Shown one piece after another: positions 18,759 to 27,029 of a stretch of 64,000 nt of DNA. Origin of the DNA: a virus; the IMG/VR virus record IMGVR_UViG_3300020477_001012, positions 64,001 to 128,000 of that record. One strand, given 5' to 3'. Position 1 is the first letter of the stretch; the number at the start of each line of letters is the position of its first letter. The notes under the pieces are model-generated. The model saw nothing but the letters and a program-made list of their open reading frames with translations. It had not been told where the DNA came from and did no database searches. The translations under genes and the position numbers were made by a program.

Positions 18759-20000
18759 ATGTTGCAGGTTAATTTTAACAGACGAGATTTTATCAAAACT
18801 GGCGCTCTTGGCGGCTTAAGCTATATGCCGTTCTCTGACGTGGCTTTTGCTCAAGAGGCCATAGTTCCAAACAACAAGTCTGTCGTGTGGCTGTGGCTTG
18901 GGGGTGGTCCTACCCAGTTTGAGACTTTCCACGCCCCCACAGACGCCGTACCAGACCCGTACAAGCCCGTTGCTGGTATGGTGCGTCATCCTAACGGGTT
19001 GGCTTTTGGTGGCTTGTTCAAGGAGCTAATCAAGCGTGGGGACCATCTCACAGCAGTTAATTCTTTTTCTCACGGGGATTCTTCACACCGTCAAGCTACC
19101 CATTGGATGATGACGGGACACCGTAACCCCAAACGAGAAAATACTGCGAACTCTGAGTTCCCGGGTCACGGGGCTATTGTTTCTTCGGTGTTTGGTTCCA
19201 ACGATCCTTCTAATGGTATGCCAGCTTACGTTAAGCAGGGTAAAATTGAAGGTGAGCAGCCTACGTTCTTGGGTGGGGCGCATAAGCCGTTTGACCCCTC
19301 TAACAAAGAGAACTTAGCCCCCCGCATTGCGCTTGCGAGATTTCAGAATCGTAAAGATCTCTTAAGTGCATTTGATCAGGGCAGGGTTGTGTCCAGTGAG
19401 GCCGAGTCTTTTGTACGTATTGGGGATCAGGCATATAACGTTATCTTGGGAAATGCCAAGAATGCGTTTGACCTTGAAAAGGAAAAGCCTGCAACCAGAG
19501 AAAGATATGGCAAGGGTGGCATTGGGGATCAAATGCTGCTTGCTAGACGACTGGCTCAGTTTGGCACCAAGTTTATTACTGTTCACTATGGTGGGTGGGA
19601 TATGCATGGCAATATCGCCAATGCCCTCAAGGGCAGAGTTCCTCCCCTCGACAAGGCCATTTCCGCCTTTGTGGATGATATCTATGATAGCGGGCTGTCT
19701 GACGACGTGCTTTTGGTGGTGACAGGTGAATTTGGCAGGACACGCCTGAATGGAAATGCTGGTAGGGATCACTGGCCATCTATCACCCCCATGCTTCTGT
19801 CTGGCGGAAGCTATGATCACGGCAGGGTTATTGGCAAATCGGATAAGGCGTATTATCCCACTGAAGCCAAGGTTATGCCTATTGACTTGGCGGCCACGAT
19901 GTTCGACCATTTTGGGATTGACCCCAAGATACAGAAGGTTGACCAAGCGGGCAGACCAAGATACCTCTTGGATGGAGATGGTAAACCAATCCTGTCATGA
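18759..20000 (+). CDS. DUF1501 family protein with Tat signal
   Basis: NRRDFIK twin-arginine, WLGGGPTQFETF, LLARRL..G..FI, GWDMH, LDKAISAFVDD, TGEFGRT, GRDHW, ATMFDHFGID. Confidence 0.9.
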   Translation: MLQVNFNRRDFIKTGALGGLSYMPFSDVAFAQEAIVPNNKSVVWLWLGGGPTQFETFHAPTDAVPDPYKPVAGMVRHPNGLAFGGLFKELIKRGDHLTAVNSFSHGDSSHRQATHWMMTGHRNPKRENTANSEFPGHGAIVSSVFGSNDPSNGMPAYVKQGKIEGEQPTFLGGAHKPFDPSNKENLAPRIALARFQNRKDLLSAFDQGRVVSSEAESFVRIGDQAYNVILGNAKNAFDLEKEKPATRERYGKGGIGDQMLLARRLAQFGTKFITVHYGGWDMHGNIANALKGRVPPLDKAISAFVDDIYDSGLSDDVLLVVTGEFGRTRLNGNAGRDHWPSITPMLLSGGSYDHGRVIGKSDKAYYPTEAKVMPIDLAATMFDHFGIDPKIQKVDQAGRPRYLLDGDGKPILS

Positions 20001-20500
20001 AATACCAAACGGGTTTTATAGCTGGATGTTTTGATTTAATACATCCCGGCTATGTTTCAGCTCTCAAGGAGGCAAAGTCGGTGTGCAATCGACTTGTGGT
20101 TGGATTGCATAGCGACCCCTCCATAGAGCGACCCGAAAAGGCAAGACCCATATTGTCAATGGAGGAAAGAACGGAAACACTTCTGGCCCTTAAATATGTA
20201 GATGAAATTAAACCCTATGATCTAGAGCAAGACTTGCTCGAAATACTGAAGTCAGACGACCCAAGAATTGACGTGAGGTTCTTGGGAGATGACTACAAAA
20301 CCAAGGTTGGCTACACTGGATGTGAACTGGGTATTGATGTTCATTTTATCCCAAGGGGACACGGTTGGTCAGCAACGCTTTTGCGTAAAAAGATCATGGA
20401 CACTCGACCCAAAAAATGGTCAGACTCACAGGTTCAAGGATGGTTCGATTGTTGCTATAGTCCAAGCAGTAAAACTCAAGACAAAACTAGGAGGACGTAA
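19997..20500 (+). CDS. Cytidylyltransferase (TagD/RfaE-like)
   Basis: AGCFDLIHPGY (HxGH variant), LVVGL, ER..LL.LKYVDE, GDDY, R.HGWSAT. Confidence 0.85.
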   Translation: MKYQTGFIAGCFDLIHPGYVSALKEAKSVCNRLVVGLHSDPSIERPEKARPILSMEERTETLLALKYVDEIKPYDLEQDLLEILKSDDPRIDVRFLGDDYKTKVGYTGCELGIDVHFIPRGHGWSATLLRKKIMDTRPKKWSDSQVQGWFDCCYSPSSKTQDKTRRT

Positions 20501-20829
20501 TGATTAAACAGATTGTAGTATCCGGCTTACTTGTCTTCATGTGTTGTACCTCCGTGAGTAAAGCGGAAGCACCACCAGAACCAGCGCAAAAAGTGTTACC
20601 CGTAGCAGTACGTCGGCAACTAGTACACGAACGGGCTGCCAGAGAGGCGGAAGCCCGCCGAATGAGGTTAAGGGCGCAAAGAAACGCCAATTTCTTCCGT
20701 CCTCGACCCAGACCCATGTCGTCTTACTATAACTATCGTAGATATTCATATCATTACAGGTATCGCTATTACAATCAGCAGCTTTTTTATCCACGCCGCA
20801 CTGGCGTGTATCTGTATTTTAGGTTTTAA
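20500..20829 (+). CDS. Exported Arg/Tyr-rich small protein
   Basis: GGAGG RBS; signal peptide ending SKA|E; low-complexity Y/R tail ending GVYLYFRF. Confidence 0.7.
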   Translation: MIKQIVVSGLLVFMCCTSVSKAEAPPEPAQKVLPVAVRRQLVHERAAREAEARRMRLRAQRNANFFRPRPRPMSSYYNYRRYSYHYRYRYYNQQLFYPRRTGVYLYFRF

Positions 20830-20846
20830 CTTTAGGGGAATATAAG

Positions 20847-21245
20847 ATGCCTATCCCATCCAAGAAGGGTAAAGAAGACCCCAAGGGGTTTATGTCTCGA
20901 TGCATGAGTAGTGAAGTCATGCAACGGGAATACCCAGATCAAAAGCAGCGTACAGCCATTTGTATGAGCAAGGCTTGTGAGGATTTGAGTTATGTTGAAT
21001 CCGCAGGCTTTCAATTGTGGTATGAGTCCACAGGTGACGACAAGGCTGGATATCCCCCTAACTGTAAAGATGGGTACACAGAAAAGGACGGCAAGTGCGT
21101 ACCCTTGGGTGACCACCTTCACAAAGAAGATAAATCTGACGCCAAAACCTACCGGTATCAAGACCCCAAAACTGGGGAAATTTATAATTACAGGCAGCCG
21201 GGAATTTATAGGAAAAACGGCAGAGTCTTAATTCCTGTTAGATAG
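20847..21245 (+). CDS. Hypothetical phage protein with paired Cys motifs
   Basis: AGGGG RBS; FMSRCM...QRTAICM and PPNCKDGY..KDGKCVP motifs. Confidence 0.7.
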   Translation: MPIPSKKGKEDPKGFMSRCMSSEVMQREYPDQKQRTAICMSKACEDLSYVESAGFQLWYESTGDDKAGYPPNCKDGYTEKDGKCVPLGDHLHKEDKSDAKTYRYQDPKTGEIYNYRQPGIYRKNGRVLIPVR

Positions 21246-21257
21246 GGTTGAGGCAGA

Positions 21258-22265
21258 ATGCAGAAGCTAGACACTTCACAGTGCGTATGTATCCAATCTG
21301 GGTTTTGCCCAATCTTCCAAAAGATAATGGATGGCACCAATCTGAAGTGGTGTCAGAACGCAAGTGAAGAAGAAAGAGAAATATACAAAGAGTCCTACAG
21401 AGGTCCAATACCATTCACCCCTGAAGTGGACCGCTTTCTCCATCAGTATGACTGCGCAGAAGAAGTGGAGACGCTGCCCAAAACAGAGATAGCAATTCTT
21501 GGGCACAGCCCGAAGCAGTTTGACACTATATCGGATCGCCCTTATCTTAAAAAGGTATACCTAGACGACCTTGATCTAGGTAAATACCATAAAAGGTTCC
21601 AGTCCAACTACTTCTCAGAAAGTAGAGCTTTCTTGTGTGACGACCTGTTTGATGACGGTGTAGAATACGTTGGGGTCGCCACCGCCTCTTGGAACATAAA
21701 GTATCAAGGGTTGAACCCTATTGATAATTTTCACAACTGGTGTTCGGCCAAGGCCATGTTCCGCTCCAAGAGAGACAACGTTTTACTCTGCGCGGACACA
21801 AATAGCACGCTTGCTTGGTTTGGAAAATATACCGATGAGAAAAACATAGACAAGCACTCTAGCCCCTTCTGGGCAAATTTTCACAACGATAATCATGTCT
21901 TCAAAAGCTTAGGGTTTAGCATCACCCAAATGAAGTTGATTTGGAGGCTTCTCCAATCTTTAAAACTGTCTTTGAGTAGTCGCCCCACAGCGAACTCCCA
22001 TCAGTTTATATGTCACAGAAATTTATACAATAGGTATATTAAATTCTTCAGAGAAAAAGAAATACTCCCCAGAGTAACCAACCTTTGGAAGAGGCACGAC
22101 ATGGTGACCCACAACCCCCACACTGACACTAGGCCGGTAGGGTATGTGATAGAGTGTATATCCATGATGTGGCTCAATTCTCAGGAGGACGTATTAGTGA
22201 TACCAAATGAGGTACGAGCAGGTGCATGGTCTTTTGGCTCATCCCCAGAGCGAGATAAAGAATGA
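21258..22265 (+). CDS. Putative glycosyltransferase, DUF4422/GT111-like (paralog 1)
   Basis: ILGH, N.FSESRA, EYVG, QFICHRNLYNRY..FF, R.VGY..E...MW pattern; two genes upstream of glf. Confidence 0.55.
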   Translation: MQKLDTSQCVCIQSGFCPIFQKIMDGTNLKWCQNASEEEREIYKESYRGPIPFTPEVDRFLHQYDCAEEVETLPKTEIAILGHSPKQFDTISDRPYLKKVYLDDLDLGKYHKRFQSNYFSESRAFLCDDLFDDGVEYVGVATASWNIKYQGLNPIDNFHNWCSAKAMFRSKRDNVLLCADTNSTLAWFGKYTDEKNIDKHSSPFWANFHNDNHVFKSLGFSITQMKLIWRLLQSLKLSLSSRPTANSHQFICHRNLYNRYIKFFREKEILPRVTNLWKRHDMVTHNPHTDTRPVGYVIECISMMWLNSQEDVLVIPNEVRAGAWSFGSSPERDKE

Positions 22266-23107
22266 CCAGAAAAGAATTAAGAATATATGAGGCTGAGGCA
22301 AGGCGTTTTGTAAACAAATACAGGGACGAGGAAACGCCAGACACATCTAAAGTACAGATTGCCGTTCTAGGACACAGCGAGAAACAGTTCAACACAATAA
22401 AGGATCGGTCATACCTTAAGAAAATATACTTAGATGATATGGATCTAGGTGAATATCATGAGTTCCAGTCAAACGCTTACGGCGAAAGCAGGGCTTTTTT
22501 ATGTGATAAACTTTTTGATGACAGTGCAGAATATGTAGGCGTCGTCACGGCGTCTTGGAATATTAAACACCAAGGGTTCAACCCTATCGACGAGTTCCAC
22601 AATTGGCATGCGAGCAAGGGACTATTGTTATCAGGAAAGGAGGACGTGGTGCTGTGTGGCAACATGTACTATGCTAGTCAATGGCTTCTCAAAAACAAGG
22701 GGTCGGTTTTTAGGCATCTATATTTTTCTAAGCGACAGAAAGAAGAGGTTGAAAAGCTATTACTCAAGACTTTGAACTTAAAGGTTAATCCCGACAGCCC
22801 GAAAGTGGCAGCGTGTAATCAAATTATATGTCGCAAGACTTTGTATGACAAATATACAAAGTTCTTTAAAGACAACGAAGTTTTGCCCATACTACGTCAC
22901 TTTTGCCGTACTAATGATATGACTACCGGCGTAGACTGGGTAGACCAAAGAACAGTGGCATATATTGCTGAGTGCGTAACTATGCTGTGGCTCAACCAGC
23001 AAGACATATTAACCATACCAACAGAAATAGCAAAAGAGAAGTGGTATTACAATTCAAATAGGTCAGCACGAGTCGATTGGTATAAAGGGAAAAACAATGA
23101 CCTCTAA
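22262..23107 (+). CDS. Putative glycosyltransferase, DUF4422/GT111-like (paralog 2)
   Basis: Clear tandem paralog of 21258-22265 (IAVLGHSEKQF..IKDR.YLKKIYLDD.DLG, ESRAFLCD.LFDD..EYVGV.TASWNIK). Confidence 0.55.
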   Translation: MTRKELRIYEAEARRFVNKYRDEETPDTSKVQIAVLGHSEKQFNTIKDRSYLKKIYLDDMDLGEYHEFQSNAYGESRAFLCDKLFDDSAEYVGVVTASWNIKHQGFNPIDEFHNWHASKGLLLSGKEDVVLCGNMYYASQWLLKNKGSVFRHLYFSKRQKEEVEKLLLKTLNLKVNPDSPKVAACNQIICRKTLYDKYTKFFKDNEVLPILRHFCRTNDMTTGVDWVDQRTVAYIAECVTMLWLNQQDILTIPTEIAKEKWYYNSNRSARVDWYKGKNNDL

Positions 23108-24200
23108 GTATGACTATCTCGTAGTGGGATGTGGTTTATTTGGGTCAGTCTTTGCGAGACAAGCCACCGACGCTGGCAAAAAATGCCTGATTGTAGACAA
23201 GCGTAACCATATCGCGGGCAATTGTTACACAGAAAACAATAACGGTATTCACGTACATAAGTACGGCCCTCATATTTTCCATACCAACAACGACCGCGTG
23301 TGGGAATTTATGAACCAGTGGGCGTCGTTCAATAATTATGTGAACAGACCAAAGGTTAACTTCGGGGGAGAGATCTACTCTTTTCCGATCAATTTATTTA
23401 CTCTGCACCAGCTATGGGGCGTCAATACGCCCGAAGAAGCAAAGCGGGCGTTGGAGGATGTGCAAATTCCGTGCTCAGACCCAAAAAATTTAGAGGAGTG
23501 GATTCTTTCTCAAGTGGGACGAGAAATATACAATACTTTTATTTATGGGTACACGAAGAAGCAATGGAACAAAGATCCTAAAGAATTGCCAGCTTCCATC
23601 ATAAAAAGATTACCTATCAGGCTCACGTATGACGATAACTACTTTAACGACAAGTACCAAGGCATACCGATTGGGGGCTATACTGCCATATTTAAGAGAA
23701 TGCTAGATGGGATACCAGTTGAACTAGGGATAGATTATTTGTCTGCCCAAGACTACTGGGATAGCAAAGCCAAGATGGTTGTATATACAGGGGCTATTGA
23801 TGAATTTTTCCGCAGCGCTTATGGCACGTTGGAGTGGAGGAGCTTGAGGTTTGAGAATGAAGAAATAGAAAACTGTGACTACCAAGGCAACGCTGTTATC
23901 AACTACACGGAAGAAAGCGTGCCATTTACAAGAATTGTAGAGCACAAGCACTTTGATTATGCAAATCAGCCAGACACAGTCATCACCAAAGAATACCCCA
24001 AAAGCTGGTCAGTGGGCCAAGAGAAGTTTTACCCCGTGAATGACACAAGGAACAACGATCTATATTTTCACTACAAAAAATTGATTGACAGATCCAAGTA
24101 TATCTTCGGTGGAAGGCTGGCCGATTACAAATATTACGACATGCATCAGGTCGTGGCCTCCTCACTTCATCATTTTTCAAAAATTAATTTGACAAATTGA
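23097..24200 (+). CDS. glf: UDP-galactopyranose mutase
   Basis: VGCGLFG, HIAGNCY, HKYGPHIFH, YTKKQW, YFNDKYQGIP, TRIVEHKHF, GRLADYKYYDM. Confidence 0.96.
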   Translation: MTSKYDYLVVGCGLFGSVFARQATDAGKKCLIVDKRNHIAGNCYTENNNGIHVHKYGPHIFHTNNDRVWEFMNQWASFNNYVNRPKVNFGGEIYSFPINLFTLHQLWGVNTPEEAKRALEDVQIPCSDPKNLEEWILSQVGREIYNTFIYGYTKKQWNKDPKELPASIIKRLPIRLTYDDNYFNDKYQGIPIGGYTAIFKRMLDGIPVELGIDYLSAQDYWDSKAKMVVYTGAIDEFFRSAYGTLEWRSLRFENEEIENCDYQGNAVINYTEESVPFTRIVEHKHFDYANQPDTVITKEYPKSWSVGQEKFYPVNDTRNNDLYFHYKKLIDRSKYIFGGRLADYKYYDMHQVVASSLHHFSKINLTN

Positions 24201-24217
24201 CTCACTCTTGCTATAAT
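24189..24217 (+). promoter_or_regulatory. Consensus sigma70 promoter driving the polymerase operon
   Basis: TTGACA (24189-24194), 17 nt spacer, TATAAT (24212-24217), extended -10 TG at 24209-24210; GAGAGG RBS before 24251. Confidence 0.85.
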
Positions 24218-24250
24218 AGAGTGAAACTTAACACATTGAGAGGTTGAAAT

Positions 24251-25879
24251 ATGAACTGGTTTCCACTGTGTAATTATACCCACTATTCCCTGCTTAAGGG
24301 ATTCTCCAAGCCTGCACAGCTTGCAAAGAAATGTGCAGATAATGCATACAGAGCATGCGGCATCGCGGACTACAAGTCCCTGTCTGGAGCGGTGACATTC
24401 TATCAGGCATGCATAAAGAACGACGTGAAGCCTATCATTGGGTGCTCGTTCGATGGATTCTCCCTGTTTGCAAAAAATAAAGAAGGCTGGCTAGACCTTA
24501 TCCAGATAGTGTCATCTTTAGATGACTCTGGTGAGGTAAACAATGCTTTACTAACACATGTCTCTAGTAAGGGCAACTTGATTAGTATTGCTGGTAGCGA
24601 AGCCAACTCCCCCATCAGAGGCGAAGACTTTTATCGCAAGTCCGAGTCATTTATGGACATTTATTATACCGACAGGGAGGACGCACCGTTACATCGCATT
24701 TTACTATGCTCTAGTATGAAGACCACTTTACCCAAAGTAAGTAAACAGTTAACCGCTGGGGAAGAGGTTAAAAATCAAGTTTTCTTTGAATCAAACGACT
24801 TCTTTTTAAAGAACAAAACGGAGATCTCCGAGGTTATTGTGCTAGACCCGCAGATTGGAAAATTTGATGAGATCTACAACAAATGCGAGAACTACAACAT
24901 ACTCAACAAGCCAATGCTTCCAAAATTTTCTACACCAAGCGGGCTTGGGGAGAATGAATACCTAACGCAGCTTTGCAGGGATGGATGGAAAGAGAAAATG
25001 ATCCCAAGCGGAAAGGTAGACGACGAGGCGGAAAAAAATAGATATGCAAACAGGATCAAAGAGGAGCTGGATGTAATTTTTGAGGCCAACTTGTCTGGGT
25101 ATTTTTTAATTGTACAAGATATTGTAGATTATGTCAATCGGCAAGGATGGCTGTCGGGTCCGGGGCGAGGCTCTGCTGCTGGGTGTCTGGTTTCTTATAT
25201 GATCGGTATTACTAAAATTGACCCGATTGAGTTTGACTTATTGTTTGAAAGGTTCTATAATAGTGGGAGAAACACGGGGGGTCACATATCCCTACCAGAT
25301 ATTGATATGGATGTACCCGGGAACAAGCGCGATGAGATTATCTCCTACCTCAAAGATACCTATGGCCACGGCAACGTGAGCCAGATGCTTACATTCGGAA
25401 GACTCCAAGGAAGAAGTGCGATAAAAGAAGTGTTGCGTGTTAACAGTGCGTGTGGATTTAGTGAAATGAACGAAATCACAAAGGCCATCCCAAACGAGGC
25501 CGACATTTCTGATCAGTTGCAGGAGATGGACGAAGAGGACCGCTCGATCATCAGGTGGGCGTTAATCAACAATCCAGAAGACCTTAGAGATTACTGCTTT
25601 GTCAATGATAGAGGAGAGCTTGACGGAGACTACGCTGACTTCTTTGACCAAGCCATTAAAATAGAGGGCACATTCAAAACCCAAGGTAAACATGCGGCGG
25701 GTGTTGTGATTTCAGTTGATGAACTCAACACAGTTTGCCCCATGGTGAACCAAAGAAGCGGTGGAGAGAAAATTGCGGGACTGGAAATGGCCGACCTAGA
25801 AGCGCTGGGTCATGTTAAATTTGATGTCTTGGGGATCAACCTCCTAGACAAGATTATGAAAATAGAGGAACTAATATGA
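24251..25879 (+). CDS. dnaE: DNA polymerase III alpha, N-terminal half (degenerate PHP plus palm/thumb)
   Basis: KPIIG, YFLIVQD, GRGSAAG, LLFERF, PDIDMD, GKHAAGVVI; ends just after KFDVLG. Confidence 0.93.
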   Translation: MNWFPLCNYTHYSLLKGFSKPAQLAKKCADNAYRACGIADYKSLSGAVTFYQACIKNDVKPIIGCSFDGFSLFAKNKEGWLDLIQIVSSLDDSGEVNNALLTHVSSKGNLISIAGSEANSPIRGEDFYRKSESFMDIYYTDREDAPLHRILLCSSMKTTLPKVSKQLTAGEEVKNQVFFESNDFFLKNKTEISEVIVLDPQIGKFDEIYNKCENYNILNKPMLPKFSTPSGLGENEYLTQLCRDGWKEKMIPSGKVDDEAEKNRYANRIKEELDVIFEANLSGYFLIVQDIVDYVNRQGWLSGPGRGSAAGCLVSYMIGITKIDPIEFDLLFERFYNSGRNTGGHISLPDIDMDVPGNKRDEIISYLKDTYGHGNVSQMLTFGRLQGRSAIKEVLRVNSACGFSEMNEITKAIPNEADISDQLQEMDEEDRSIIRWALINNPEDLRDYCFVNDRGELDGDYADFFDQAIKIEGTFKTQGKHAAGVVISVDELNTVCPMVNQRSGGEKIAGLEMADLEALGHVKFDVLGINLLDKIMKIEELI

Positions 25880-26550
25880 ACAGGGATATTATTGTTTTTG
25901 ACTTTGAAACCGGTGGCCGAAACCCATTAAGGTGCCAGCCAACTCAGATTGCTGCCATCGCCTTGGATGGGAGAAACTTCAAACTGAAGGGCGAGTTCAA
26001 CAGTGAAATGAGACCGATCCTAGACGACAAGAAAGCTGCCGAAGCCGGAGTCGACCCAGTGGAAGACGAGGCGTTAAGGATCACAAACAAGACTAGGGCA
26101 GGCTTAGCCAAGGCCCCACTCCCGAAGGGTGTTTGGAAGAAGTTTGTTAACTTTGTTAATAAGTACAACTGGAAAGGAACACCCTATTTTGCTCCCATTC
26201 CTGCCGGATTTAACATTATTGGGTACGACATGAAGATCGTAGACAGATTGTGTAAAGCATATGGCCCTTGGGACGACAAGAGGAAATGTCAAAAGTTGTT
26301 TCACCAAATCTATAAGATTGATGTTATGGATGACGTGTGGTTGTGGACTGAAGGAGACCCAGACGTGAAGTCTATTAGTATGGATTCCTTGAGAGAGAGA
26401 ATGGGGCTGTCGTCAGAAAATGCCCACGACGCCCTTCAAGATGTCAAGGACACCGCCAATATATTTATCAAGCTGCAAAAGTCCCGCAGGGCGGTGTATC
26501 GCAACATGAAATTTGAAAAGGCTTTTGCAGATGGAAAGTTGTACGTATGA
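25876..26550 (+). CDS. DEDDh 3'-5' exonuclease (DnaQ/epsilon-like)
   Basis: DFETGG, GFNIIGYD, AHDALQDV. Confidence 0.9.
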   Translation: MNRDIIVFDFETGGRNPLRCQPTQIAAIALDGRNFKLKGEFNSEMRPILDDKKAAEAGVDPVEDEALRITNKTRAGLAKAPLPKGVWKKFVNFVNKYNWKGTPYFAPIPAGFNIIGYDMKIVDRLCKAYGPWDDKRKCQKLFHQIYKIDVMDDVWLWTEGDPDVKSISMDSLRERMGLSSENAHDALQDVKDTANIFIKLQKSRRAVYRNMKFEKAFADGKLYV

Positions 26551-27029
26551 TTGAAGTAAAAATAACTAAAACCATGCTCACTAGGGCCAAGAAGAAGGCC
26601 AAGGAAATGGGTGTAATAAAGAATAGCATCCTTTCCGGCGAGGGAAATTTAGCTGGATTTCTCGGAGAAGAGGTTGCAAATCGCATTTTACGTGGTAAAA
26701 TAAACAACACATACGACTATGACATTGTGTGTGGAGACAAGAAATACGACGTGAAGACCAAGCGGTGTACTAGTCCCCCGAAGCCTTATTACGAGTGTAG
26801 CGTGGCAAAGTACAATACTAAGCAGGGATGTGATAGCTATTGCTTTGTGCGAATAGAGTACAAGAATGGGAAGTGGGGCCGAGCATGGTATCTTGGAGAA
26901 AAAGACAAAAAAGCGTTCTACAAAAAGGCGAAAGAACTAAAAAAGGGTCAGGTTGATCCAGACAACAACTTCGTTGTCAAGGCAGATTGTTTTAATTTAG
27001 CTATCAAAGATTTGAAAATAAATGATTGA
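26547..27029 (+). CDS. Basic PD-(D/E)XK-like nuclease / hypothetical protein
   Basis: GFLGEEVA...YDYDIV....YDVKTK pattern. Confidence 0.55.
   Translation: MIEVKITKTMLTRAKKKAKEMGVIKNSILSGEGNLAGFLGEEVANRILRGKINNTYDYDIVCGDKKYDVKTKRCTSPPKPYYECSVAKYNTKQGCDSYCFVRIEYKNGKWGRAWYLGEKDKKAFYKKAKELKKGQVDPDNNFVVKADCFNLAIKDLKIND

Noticed and set aside
19362-19946. 194-aa antisense ORF
   Set aside because: Shadow of the GC-rich DUF1501 gene; no motifs.
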